A stretch of DNA of 64,000 nucleotides. It comes from Bacteroidales bacterium. GTDB taxonomy: Bacteria; Bacteroidota; Bacteroidia; Bacteroidales; Prolixibacteraceae. The notes beneath the pieces were generated by a model. The model searched no databases. It saw only the letters and a list, made by a program, of their open reading frames with translations, and was not told where the DNA came from. Each line of letters opens with the position of its first letter. Positions within the stretch are counted from its first letter, which is position 1. Of this stretch, positions 1 to 8,919 are shown in pieces. The translations under genes and the position numbers were made by a program. Where the stretch lies: the NCBI GenBank assembly GCA_047974415.1, contig JBKECH010000002.1, positions 13,419 through 77,418 on the forward strand, given 5' to 3'.

Positions 1-1990
1 AGACTCCGTAGTAGTCTATTGACGACCATGAAGCCACTGGCCACACATCGTTCAGTTGCCAATATAACGAGCCCATACAAACCGGTTTGTGCCGACGGTG
101 TGCCAACATACCTTCCTTCATCCCCTCTGCCTGCAAGACCTGTCCAACATACAAGAACTTGTCAAAGTCCTCAGGAATGTGATAGTATTTATCCATGTAC
201 CATTTTATTCGAAGGTTGCCAATGCCACTACGTTGATGCGATGCCATCACTTCCGATTCAATGTCCCAATCTTCTTCTTTTGTATATTTCTTAACGCTGT
301 GGAAGATTGGAAACGACTGGAATCCGTATTCGCTCACAAATCGAGATTTATGCTCTTCAAAGCCCGAAAACTCTTGTTGCCCATGCCATACTCCCCAGTA
401 GTGCATATCGCCGTCGTTGGCGTTTGTTTCGTCGGAGCGCACCTTGATATCGCCAGTGGCAGGCGACGACGCCCAATAAGGCAGATCGCAATATTTGGAA
501 ACCTGTGTAGGCAATAATTCGTGGAAAAGTGCTAAATAACCATTCCAAATCTCTTTTTTCTGTCCCTCGTCGTATCGCTCGCGCCAGCCCCAGCCCATGC
601 CAGGCTTATCGTAGTTTGCCCATGCATTTTCAATCTCATTGTTGCCACACCAAAGCACTATGCTAGGGTGGTTTCTTAGTCGCTTGATGTTATAGGCGGC
701 TTCGCTTGCTACGCTGTTCAGAAATGTTGAGTCCCATGGATACATACTGCAGGCAAACATAAAATCCTGCCAAACCATCAGTCCATATTGGTCGCACAGC
801 TCGTAGAACTTCTTGTATTCATAGATGCCTCCGCCCCATACTCTTATCATATTCATGTTGGAATGGCGGGCTGAGCCAAGGATGTGCTCGTAGGTCTTGT
901 CGCTTACTCGTGCTGGGAACACATCGTTGGGAATGTAATTGGCTCCTTTTGCAAACACAGGAATGCCGTTAACCTTAAAATAGAACGGAGTTCCCAAGGA
1001 GTCCTTTTCTGTAATCAGCTCCACCTTTCGCAACCCAATCATGTCTTGCTCTCTGTCCACCAGATCATCGTCTTGATATAGCTCACAAACGAAATTATAG
1101 AGGTTTGCTTTGCCCATGCCATTAGGCCACCATAAGTCAGGCTTACTAATCTTGATAGGGATGTTTATTGTTGTCTCAGATACTCCAGTTTCTGCCTTGG
1201 CAACAATAAGACCGTTGGCTTTAATTACAATCTTTGTGTCCTTGAACTGTTCGCCTCCCAAAGTTATTTGTGCAATCAGCGAAGCCTCATCCTTATTAAC
1301 ATCCACTTGTTTATAGTAGATGTCGTTTAGTTTAACGGAGTTCCACGTCAGTAGGGTGATAGGTTTCCAAACCCCAGATGTTACTAGCCTTGGTCCCCAG
1401 TCCCATCCAAACTGATAGGGAGCTTTGCGGATGTATGGACTAACACGTTGCTCGTCTTCCAAACCTCCGTTGCTGGCTTGGTCGTTGCTGGCAGGCAAGC
1501 GGTATTTGCGAGACTTAAGAATATGCAAGCCCTCTTTTATTGGAGACTTGAAGTAGATGTTAAGCTCATTGTTCCTTTGTGCAAGCTCCTTGATGTCAAC
1601 AGTGTGTCCAACAAACATATTGTCGGTCGAAAGGATTATTTTACCGTTCAAGATAACCTCTGCATAAGTATCCAGACCGTCAAATTGTAGCTCGATGTGT
1701 TCTTTGCTTAGGCGCTCCTCGTCAATTTCAAAATTGCAGCGATACACCCAATCCTTCTTGTCAATCCACTGTTGGTCTTTTTCGTTGAGACGGTAAAAAG
1801 GGTCCTCGATTACCTTGTTGTTTAAGAGGTCTGTATGCACACATCCAGGAACACTTGCCTGCATCCACTTATCTGCCGAGGCCTCCTTAAAAGACCACGA
1901 GCTGTTCAGCTCTGTTTTTTCTATCATGCCGTTGTTGGTACAATTGGTAAATAATACTAATAAAAGTAGGGGAGTAAGAGACTTATTCAT
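1..1990 (-). CDS. GH2 beta-mannosidase, N-terminal ~663 codons. The gene continues past the left window edge and is absent from the ORF track because there is no in-window stop.
   Basis: My translation of the reverse strand from ATG (complement 1988-1990) stays open to base 1. It reads MNKSLTPLLLLVLFTNC (lipoprotein-type signal), FGWDWGPRL, VWQDFMFAC, LWCGNNEI, GDMHYWGVW, FVSEYGFQS. These blocks are typical of GH2 beta-mannosidases. Confidence 0.8.
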   Translation of the reverse strand, partial: MNKSLTPLLLLVLFTNCTNNGMIEKTELNSSWSFKEASADKWMQASVPGCVHTDLLNNKVIEDPFYRLNEKDQQWIDKKDWVYRCNFEIDEERLSKEHIELQFDGLDTYAEVILNGKIILSTDNMFVGHTVDIKELAQRNNELNIYFKSPIKEGLHILKSRKYRLPASNDQASNGGLEDEQRVSPYIRKAPYQFGWDWGPRLVTSGVWKPITLLTWNSVKLNDIYYKQVDVNKDEASLIAQITLGGEQFKDTKIVIKANGLIVAKAETGVSETTINIPIKISKPDLWWPNGMGKANLYNFVCELYQDDDLVDREQDMIGLRKVELITEKDSLGTPFYFKVNGIPVFAKGANYIPNDVFPARVSDKTYEHILGSARHSNMNMIRVWGGGIYEYKKFYELCDQYGLMVWQDFMFACSMYPWDSTFLNSVASEAAYNIKRLRNHPSIVLWCGNNEIENAWANYDKPGMGWGWRERYDEGQKKEIWNGYLALFHELLPTQVSKYCDLPYWASSPATGDIKVRSDETNANDGDMHYWGVWHGQQEFSGFEEHKSRFVSEYGFQSFPIFHSVKKYTKEEDWDIESEVMASHQRSGIGNLRIKWYMDKYYHIPEDFDKFLYVGQVLQAEGMKEGMLAHRRHKPVCMGSLYWQLNDVWPVASWSSIDYYGV

Positions 1991-2229
1991 AGTTCACTAA
2001 AATGATAAATATTCTCGTCAAAGGTACATATTTATTCCGATTTGTTGAAGGGCACAGCAAAAAATAAAATATGTCTTAAGCGACAGTTCGCCAGCCTTTC
2101 CCTCGCCTTCTTGCCCGAGACAAGAAAATACTGATGGAGAGCTCTCGATGAAATGTTATGCGAGCAGAACTTGCTAGGCACTTAGTTATTCGTATCTTTG
2201 CTAACTATACAAACATAGTATTATATACC

Positions 2230-3156
2230 ATGTCACATACGCATTTGCATTCACACTCTCATCAGCACGACCATCACCATGTGCATCCATCCGCAGTTTC
2301 GCACAGCCGAGCCTTTGCCGTAGGCATTGCCCTGAATGTTATATTTGTAGTTGTAGAACTTGTTTACGGACTGATAGCTAATTCCTCAGCACTGCTTGCC
2401 GACGCCGGACACAACGCAAGTGACGTACTGGGACTAGTCTTTGCTTGGACAGCTGCATGGCTTGCCACCATTCGTCCACACGGAAAGTACACCTACGGAC
2501 TACGAAAGTCCACCATTCTAGTATCCATACTGAATGCCCTCCTATTATTTGGCGCTGTCGTCCTAATCGGATGGGATGCCATTGGCAAGTTCAAAAATCC
2601 CGCACCTGTTGCTGGCACGCAGGTAATAATTGTTGCTACAATAGGGATAATCATCAACACAGCAACGGCAATGATGTTTATGAAAGGGCAAAAGAACGAC
2701 CTGAACGTTCGAGGAGCTTTTTTGCACATGGCTGCCGATGCTGGGGTATCCTTGGGAGTTGTTATTGCAGGCATACTTATCAATATTACAGGTCTGCAAT
2801 GGATAGACCCCATCACGAGCCTTCTCATTATTATTGTGATACTCTGGAGCACATGGCGTTTGTTTACTGATTCCATAGACCTTGCCCTCGACGCCGTGCC
2901 GAAGAATATCAAGCTTGGAGAAGTAAAAAGTTTCATCCTCTCGCAGGGCGAAGTGCTCAATGTCCATGACCTCCATATCTGGGCAATTAGCACCACTCAG
3001 GTCGCCCTGACGGCACATGTGGTCGTAAATAGCAATCCGAACGATGCCTTCATCGGAGACTTGCAAAAGGAACTAGAGAAAAGGTTCAGCATCAACCATA
3101 CAACCTTCCAAATTGAAAACGAAGTCATCGAAAAAGAGTGCCATCCCATAGTCTAA
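2230..3156 (+). CDS. Cation diffusion facilitator (CzcD/ZitB-type) divalent metal efflux transporter
   Basis: His-rich N-terminus HSHSHQHDHHHVH, six-TM pattern, and metal-site motifs LLADAGHNASD and HMAADAGVS. ATG at 2230 is preferred to the upstream in-frame start at 2158. Confidence 0.88.
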   Translation: MSHTHLHSHSHQHDHHHVHPSAVSHSRAFAVGIALNVIFVVVELVYGLIANSSALLADAGHNASDVLGLVFAWTAAWLATIRPHGKYTYGLRKSTILVSILNALLLFGAVVLIGWDAIGKFKNPAPVAGTQVIIVATIGIIINTATAMMFMKGQKNDLNVRGAFLHMAADAGVSLGVVIAGILINITGLQWIDPITSLLIIIVILWSTWRLFTDSIDLALDAVPKNIKLGEVKSFILSQGEVLNVHDLHIWAISTTQVALTAHVVVNSNPNDAFIGDLQKELEKRFSINHTTFQIENEVIEKECHPIV

Positions 3157-3216
3157 GAGACTAGTGCTTAAAAATATCGGACGGCACTCTTGTCGGCATT
3201 CTCGTCAGCAACTACG

Positions 3217-3364
3217 TAGTGTCTGTCTATAATGATGGGAGTCTGAACTAGAAAATTAAATATCAAGGCTTGCCGTTCTGTATGCTGGGAGTTTGTGAAT
3301 TGGGAGTTTACTTGTGTAAATGGATAATTCGCAAAGTAAGCATAACGCAGATAGACGGACTCTA
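3217..3364 (+). mobile_element. MITE-like repeat family 1, copy 1 (short form, forward orientation)
   Basis: TAGTGTCTGTCTATAATG...GTCTGAACTAGAAAATTAAATATCAAGGCTTGCCGTTCTGTAT...ATTCGCAAAGTAAGCATAACGCAGATAGACGGACTCTA aligns with the copies at 10450, 28803, 52355 and others. It is intergenic. Confidence 0.85.
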
Positions 3365-4429
3365 CTTGCTACTTGCGTAGTCTTCTTGCTTGGTGGCTTT
3401 CTTTTTATTGCCAAAGGAATAGACAAGCGATATTTTTGCCTGCGAGTTGCGCAAACCATAGCTGTTGCGATGCGTTGACACCACTTGTCCATGAGTATTA
3501 TTGCCAAGTGCTTGCCCATCTACCCTATAGTCTGATGTAACATTGAAGCGACTTTCAATTCTCACGGCAATACCTTTGCTCAGTTTCAGATCAAAACCTC
3601 CCATCACTCCAAAATTATGGGAATTATTATTGCCAGACCAACTGCCATTGCCACTACCATTGTTATTATAGCCAGTACTAGGCACATAGTGCGAGTATTT
3701 GCCCGTGCGCAGGTAGTTGTAGTTTATTCCCACGTAAGGACGAATAAAAAACTTGTCGTAGTACACCAACAAAGGCAGCGAAATGTTGTGCATCCCTGCA
3801 CGGTAGTTATTGTTCAGCGCTTCGCCAACGCTAATCGAACCCTGTGCGTAGTACTCCTGGCTGTCGCTAATGCCAAAGAGGTAAGCATACTCCAGCCCTG
3901 CTCTCAGCCCGAAATGCGAGTTGTCGAAATTTCGCTTTGCGTACATGCCTCCAGAAAGCATCGGAGCAATGGGTTTGCGATACGATTCGTGCTTATAGTT
4001 TTCGTACCAAATACCCGAACCAAGCGAAACTTCATAACTAGTTTGTGCCATCACCATTGTTTGGAAAGCAAAACCAAAGACAGCAAAAAAACCTAACTTC
4101 CTCATAATCTCTAAATTTTTAATGTTTTCATTAACTATGATGGAGTTTATCGGAATGGTGGCACTTCTGTCTTCAGAAATCAACATTAAATTTGCTAATC
4201 CTGTGGTAGTATCGATATTTAAAATGCTGACAAACTTCACCTTGTCGAGCAATAGATTATTTATCTCTGCTTGGACAAAGACCGTATCGTACACCACAAG
4301 CGTGTCGTAAACAATAACATCCTCGTATACAAACACCGTGTCGCGCTGAGCCTCGGCATCTGGCAACATCCAAAGGAGCAGGAGCAAAATGCTTGCTAGC
4401 TTTAAGTTACTTTGCATTTGCGCTGTCAA
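3362..4429 (-). CDS. Hypothetical exported protein: N-terminal ~108-aa region plus C-terminal outer-membrane beta-barrel-like domain
   Basis: N-terminal signal-like LASILLLLLWMLPDAEAQ. A second in-frame signal-like segment MRKLGFFAVFGFAFQTMVMAQ begins at residue 109 (ATG complement 4103-4105). The Tyr/Gly/Asn-rich alternating pattern ends in a ...ISLVYSF beta-signal. It overlaps the upstream sigma-factor gene by 23 nt. Confidence 0.55.
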   Translation of the reverse strand: MTAQMQSNLKLASILLLLLWMLPDAEAQRDTVFVYEDVIVYDTLVVYDTVFVQAEINNLLLDKVKFVSILNIDTTTGLANLMLISEDRSATIPINSIIVNENIKNLEIMRKLGFFAVFGFAFQTMVMAQTSYEVSLGSGIWYENYKHESYRKPIAPMLSGGMYAKRNFDNSHFGLRAGLEYAYLFGISDSQEYYAQGSISVGEALNNNYRAGMHNISLPLLVYYDKFFIRPYVGINYNYLRTGKYSHYVPSTGYNNNGSGNGSWSGNNNSHNFGVMGGFDLKLSKGIAVRIESRFNVTSDYRVDGQALGNNTHGQVVSTHRNSYGLRNSQAKISLVYSFGNKKKATKQEDYASSK

Positions 4430-5414
4430 TTATAATTATGGTGTCGCGAACAATTAGTTTCTTGCGGACAAGTCTACTTTTCTTTACGATTATAGGTTCT
4501 CTTTCCTGACGAACCTCTTTGTTGTAGGAAGTGTCAGGTTCTGATACGTGTTCGGTAGGCTTGTGCAGCGCAGTGTCGGTGCAGACATCCGAGCCTCTTT
4601 CATTTGCGTGTCGGAGGGTGTTCGTTGGCACGTTTAGTGGGCTGTTTGTGGGCAGTGTTTTATCCTTGCTAAGGCCGTAGAACAAAGCAATGCTCAGAAG
4701 TGTAGCTGTCAGTATACCTACTCCCGAATATACGGCAAATTGGCTAGCCATACTAATCTTGGGAAGGAGAATGCTGTGCCACTCCGTTGTTGTGGGAAAC
4801 GCCGAATGCCGAGGGCTGATTTCAAGATTAAGCAACCTACGTCTATACAATTTATCGACACTTCCAAATTTGCATGGAATGAGCATCAGTAGAAAACGAC
4901 TTTGCTTGTGTCGTTCTTTTTTGCTGATGGCATCTTGCAACTTGCGTCGTGCTCGTGCCAAGTGCGACTTCGATGTGCCGATGCTGATGTTCAACTCCTT
5001 GGCAATATCCTTGTGCGAGTATCCGTCCAGCACATACATATTGAACACCAAGCGGTGGTGCTCGGGCAGTGCCTCTATCATCTGTAGAAGTTGCTCTATG
5101 GTAAAATCGGAGTACATATCATCTTTGTCTTGACTAGCAAGGAGGCATTGTGTCAGCTCCTCCTTGTCGGTTTCGTTCCAGCGCTTACTTTCTCGCAGGT
5201 ACATCAGTGCAGTGTTTACAGCAATCTTGCGTAGCCACGCATCGAAATGCCCCTTGCCACTAAAACTTTCTGCCTTTTGCATGGCAACAACAAAAGCGTC
5301 TTGGGCAAGGTCTTCTGCAAGCTCTTTGTCTGAAACATATCTATAGCAGACAGCTATCATCTTTGCAATATTCCTCTGGTAAGCCTCCTCCCAAAAAATC
5401 TTTTTCAAATTCAT
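4407..5414 (-). CDS. ECF-type sigma-70 family factor with ~160-aa C-terminal extension containing one predicted TM helix
   Basis: Region 2 (DLAQDAFVVAMQK...FDAWLRKIAVNTALMYLR) and region 4 HTH (YSHKDIAKELNISIGTSKSHLARARRKL), followed by the hydrophobic stretch FAVYSGVGILTATLLSIALFYGL and a Ser/Thr/Pro/Lys-rich tail. Confidence 0.8.
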   Translation of the reverse strand: MNLKKIFWEEAYQRNIAKMIAVCYRYVSDKELAEDLAQDAFVVAMQKAESFSGKGHFDAWLRKIAVNTALMYLRESKRWNETDKEELTQCLLASQDKDDMYSDFTIEQLLQMIEALPEHHRLVFNMYVLDGYSHKDIAKELNISIGTSKSHLARARRKLQDAISKKERHKQSRFLLMLIPCKFGSVDKLYRRRLLNLEISPRHSAFPTTTEWHSILLPKISMASQFAVYSGVGILTATLLSIALFYGLSKDKTLPTNSPLNVPTNTLRHANERGSDVCTDTALHKPTEHVSEPDTSYNKEVRQEREPIIVKKSRLVRKKLIVRDTIIIIDSANAK

Positions 5415-5599
5415 AAAAAGACATCTTTTATCATGAAGCCAAGGACGTCCAATCCTTAGCGCTCAAATACAACATTGTACTAATTTGATGCAAAGTTGCT
5501 AAAAAGGTGGCACTTTTTATTCATCAATCTTCAATCATCGTTTGCATGGGCGATGGGCATGTACTACCTTTGTCAGACATAGACAATCACAAAGCAATT

Positions 5600-6826
5600 A
5601 TGACACAAAGCAAGAAATCCTATTACATTCTGCTAGCCTTTCAGCACATATTGGCAATGTTCGGTGCAACAGTATTAGTCCCAGCTCTAACGGGGCTAGA
5701 CCCATCCATCGCTCTGTTGTGCGCCGGAGTTGGCACCCTAATCTTCCACTCCGTAACGAAATTCAAAGTACCATCATTCCTTGGTTCCAGTTTTGCCTTC
5801 ATAGGTGGCATACAGCTAGTGCTAGAAAAAATGGGCATGGCGGAGCTCAAAGGTGGTATTATTTGTGCCGGCCTTGTATACATTCTGATCTCCCTTTTCA
5901 TCAGGCTATGGGGCGTCGAAAAGATAAATAAGCTTTTCCCTCCAATTGTCGTAGGTCCTGTAATAGTTGTCATTGGGCTACGCCTTAGCCCCATCGCAAT
6001 CAGCAACGCTCTGTATGTCGATGGTGTTTTCAGCCCAAACTCTCTTATAATTAGCTCCATTGTCATCATAAGCATGATTATCAGTAGCGTGCTTGGGCGC
6101 TCATTCTTCCGCCTTGTGCCAATCCTGACCTCCGTAATTGTGGGCTACATTGTTTCGAGCCTATTGGGAGTTCTAAATACTGATGCCATCGCCTCGGCAC
6201 CGTGGTTCACCTTTAGCAACGACACCATAATGTCTACCATCACAAGCGTCCCTCACTTCTCGTGGAACGCAATCCTGGCTCTTGCCCCAATAGCTCTTGT
6301 AGTATTCATGGAACATATCGGCGACATCAAAAGCAACGGTGCAGTAGTGGGCAAAGACTTTGTGAAAGACCCTGGTTTGGACCGGACAATCCTTGGCGAC
6401 GGCTTGGCAACAATATTTGCAGGATTGGTGGGAGGACCAGCCAACACCACCTACGGCGAAAACACAGGCGTGCTGGCAGTTACCAAAAACTACAACCCCT
6501 TTGTACTGCGTATTGCAGCCGTGATGGCAATCTTGCTAAGCCTCTTTGGAAAATTCGGTGCCGCCATTAGTAACATACCCCTCGCCGTGATGGGTGGAGT
6601 ATCAGTAGTGCTGTTCGGAATGATAGCAACAATAGGCGTGCGGACAATGATAAACGCACAGCTAGACTTCGGACACTCCCGAAACCTAATCATAGCCTCC
6701 ATAATATTAGTGTGTGGAATTGGCGTTTCCGAAATCCCATTCTCCGAAACAATCAGCATGTCGGGACTAACAATTGCTGCCTTCTTGGGAATAATTCTAA
6801 ATCTGGTACTGCCAAAAGATATCTAA
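5600..6826 (+). CDS. NCS2 family nucleobase (uracil/xanthine-type) permease
   Basis: Polytopic membrane protein with FQHILAMFGATVLVPALTG and NTTYGENTGVLAVTK motifs typical of UraA/PyrP-like permeases. ATG at 5600 is preferred to the GTG at 5507. Confidence 0.85.
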   Translation: MTQSKKSYYILLAFQHILAMFGATVLVPALTGLDPSIALLCAGVGTLIFHSVTKFKVPSFLGSSFAFIGGIQLVLEKMGMAELKGGIICAGLVYILISLFIRLWGVEKINKLFPPIVVGPVIVVIGLRLSPIAISNALYVDGVFSPNSLIISSIVIISMIISSVLGRSFFRLVPILTSVIVGYIVSSLLGVLNTDAIASAPWFTFSNDTIMSTITSVPHFSWNAILALAPIALVVFMEHIGDIKSNGAVVGKDFVKDPGLDRTILGDGLATIFAGLVGGPANTTYGENTGVLAVTKNYNPFVLRIAAVMAILLSLFGKFGAAISNIPLAVMGGVSVVLFGMIATIGVRTMINAQLDFGHSRNLIIASIILVCGIGVSEIPFSETISMSGLTIAAFLGIILNLVLPKDI

Positions 6827-6977
6827 ACAGCGCCGTCATAAACCGACATTAGAGTTAAAGTCACTTTCTTGCTTAGCTCCTACTTGGTGTTTCCGTCAAA
6901 AAACGCTTGGATTGCGCTAACTCCTGATACTCCTAGTCTGATTTGTTGCCTTGTGGGGCAGATAACATCGGGCAGTA

Positions 6978-7463
6978 CTACCACCTGTCCATAAGATAGG
7001 GTCGAGGGTCCACAGGTGTGCCATTTTTCCTTACCTCGTAGTGCAGATGCGCACCAGTCGAGCGACCAGTGTTGCCAACCTTGCCGATATATTGCCCCTT
7101 CTTAACCCTCTTGCCAACCTTCACCCTTATACGCGACAGGTGCGCATACACAGTTGAGTATTGCGAGTCGTGCTTGATTGTTATCATCTTGCCATATCCC
7201 GATTTTCTGTTGCGCTTAGCGTAAGTAACAACCCCCTCTGCTGCGGCAAACACATAAGTACCCTTAGGAGCAGCAAGATCCTGACCAGTGTGCATCCGAC
7301 CATTGCGCATGCCGTAGTTCGACTGGCTGGTGATGTCATGTTTCTTTACTGGATAGATGCTCGGATAGGCGGAATGCACTGTTCTTGATCTAAGACCACG
7401 TGCACACGAACCTAGAAAGATAATACTGATGATAAATAGTAAGACGACAAAAGTTCTTTTCAT
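6978..7463 (-). CDS. M23 (LytM-type) family peptidase, secreted or lipoprotein
   Basis: Signal plus Cys (FLGSC), HTGQDLAAPKGT (HxxxD) and GRSTGAHLHYEV (HxH) catalytic motifs. Confidence 0.85.
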   Translation of the reverse strand: MKRTFVVLLFIISIIFLGSCARGLRSRTVHSAYPSIYPVKKHDITSQSNYGMRNGRMHTGQDLAAPKGTYVFAAAEGVVTYAKRNRKSGYGKMITIKHDSQYSTVYAHLSRIRVKVGKRVKKGQYIGKVGNTGRSTGAHLHYEVRKNGTPVDPRPYLMDRW

Positions 7464-7877
7464 TTCTGCAAAACTGTTTTTGCCAAAAATAGGAAATATA
7501 TCCTTGCAGTCAATAAATATTACTTATTATTTCCATTTTGTTCCTTCTATCAAACAGTCCTTTTTTTTGAATATGAAAAATCTGCTCATAGGCAAGGCAG
7601 ACAAGCCATTCGTACCTGAAACCTGAAGTCCTATGCGTCCGATTTTAAAATAAAATCTTTCAGTCTGGATGAACAAGCAAATACTCGAAAACTTATGAAA
7701 ATACTCCTTTTGATGTGTGTAAGTCTTTGTTTGTCAGTAGGAAATATCTATAAAGGATGATGAGTGCGCAAAGCCTCCAGATTTGAGTATTTATGCAAAG
7801 ATGGCAAGTTGTTTTTGCATAGGCAATTCTCAGGCAGTTAAGATGCAAGCAATTGTACCTAAACGCAAGATGTATGT

Positions 7878-8435
7878 AAGTGCAAACCTATGCTTGAAGC
7901 ATGACCTGCGAACATTTGATGCCTCGTGCAAGTGATCGAAGCTCAACCTACGAACATTTGGAGCTTTGTGCAAGTGATTGAATCTCGACCTGCGAACATT
8001 TGATGCCTCGTGCAAGTGATTGAAGCTCGACCTGCGAACATTTGATGCTTCGTGCAAGTGATTGAAGCTCGACCTACGAACATTTGATGCCTCGTGCAAG
8101 TGATTGAAGCATGACCTACGAACATTTGGAGCCTCGTGCAAGTGATTGAAGCTCGACCTACGAACATTTGGAGCTTCGTGCAAGTGATTGAAGCATGAAT
8201 TGTTAACAGACGGTGAATAATGCAAGTGATTTATTGATCATCTGTTAACATTTGGAGCTTCGTGCAAGTGATCGAAGCATGAATTGTTAACAGACGGTGA
8301 ATAATACAAGTGATTTATTGATCATCTGTTAACAATTGGAGCTTCGTGCAAGTGATCGAGGCATGAAATGTTAACAGATGGTGAATAATGCAAGTGATTG
8401 AAGTGCCAAAACTAAACATCTCAAAATACAAGTGA
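7878..8435. repeat. Tandem array 1: 42-bp unit x7 (7911-8204), then an 84-bp higher-order unit x~2.5
   Basis: The core TGCAAGTGAT (one TACAAGTGAT) starts at 7927, 7969, 8011, 8053, 8095, 8137, 8179, 8221, 8263, 8305, 8347 and 8389, exactly 42 bp apart. A further copy lies at 8427. Confidence 0.95.
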
Positions 8436-8594
8436 TTGAGCCTAGCTAAAAAAAGAGGCTTGCGACAAAAAAAATATTTGCAAGAACTGTAAGAGTGAAC
8501 GTTTGGATGAATGTTTGTACTGTTGTTCCATGAGTTGCTATTAATTGGAATCGTCATATGATAATTGAGCCATGGAAGTTTTATGTGTTTAGGA

Positions 8595-8702
8595 TTCTGC
8601 AATAAGCTGTAAGCTCTAAACTTTATGTTTTTGCTGCTTTGTTAATCACCCTTCTGTGTGTATAGTTAGGCTTGTAGCTTGCAAGCTATAGCTTACTGCA
8701 TG
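8595..8702 (-). repeat. Repeat family 2, orphan copy (start-codon position mutated to ATA)
   Basis: About 80 percent identical by eye over ~105 bp to the reverse complement of 14673-14777. It contains the 14-bp perfect palindrome TAGCTTGCAAGCTA. Confidence 0.85.
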
Positions 8703-8919
8703 TTTGTTTCATTTTTGAGTTATAAGCATATACATTCTATCTATTAATCTTTGCCAGCACAGAAATTGTTATATTTGCCAGACAGATACCATTTGTGGTG
8801 TATGTTCATGAAGTTGGTGCTTTGTAACAAAGCACCAAGCTCCAAAAATGTGATACTATTGTCGGGGCATAAATCTGGAATTGGAACTTATTAATTGTGC
8901 CCTATATATAAGAATATTC

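Noticed and set aside
5415-5599. Possible purine/pyrimidine riboswitch upstream of the nucleobase permease
   Set aside because: I could not find the conserved purine-riboswitch core or any convincing multi-stem structure by eye.
7695-7760. 21-codon mini-ORF MKILLLMCVSLCLSVGNIYKG resembling a signal peptide
   Set aside because: It is too short to support from sequence alone and I could identify no conserved context.
7830-8225. ORFs encoding 14-aa repeats (FNHLHEAPNVRRSS...), including the overlapping ORF 7943-8167
   Set aside because: Two frames of the same strand are open only because the 42-bp unit lacks stops. There is no plausible start context or signal, and the 84-bp units break the periodicity. 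I treat it as non-coding.
7878-8435. Possible CRISPR array (also considered for 38623-38860 and 49337-49565)
   Set aside because: The whole unit is repeated head-to-tail with no unique spacers between repeats, and no cas genes are nearby. These are plain tandem repeats.
8315-8602. 95-aa ORF starting inside the orphan family 2 copy
   Set aside because: The start is a TTG within the repeat, the canonical ATG position of the module is mutated to ATA, and the ORF runs into the tandem array. It is likely non-coding.
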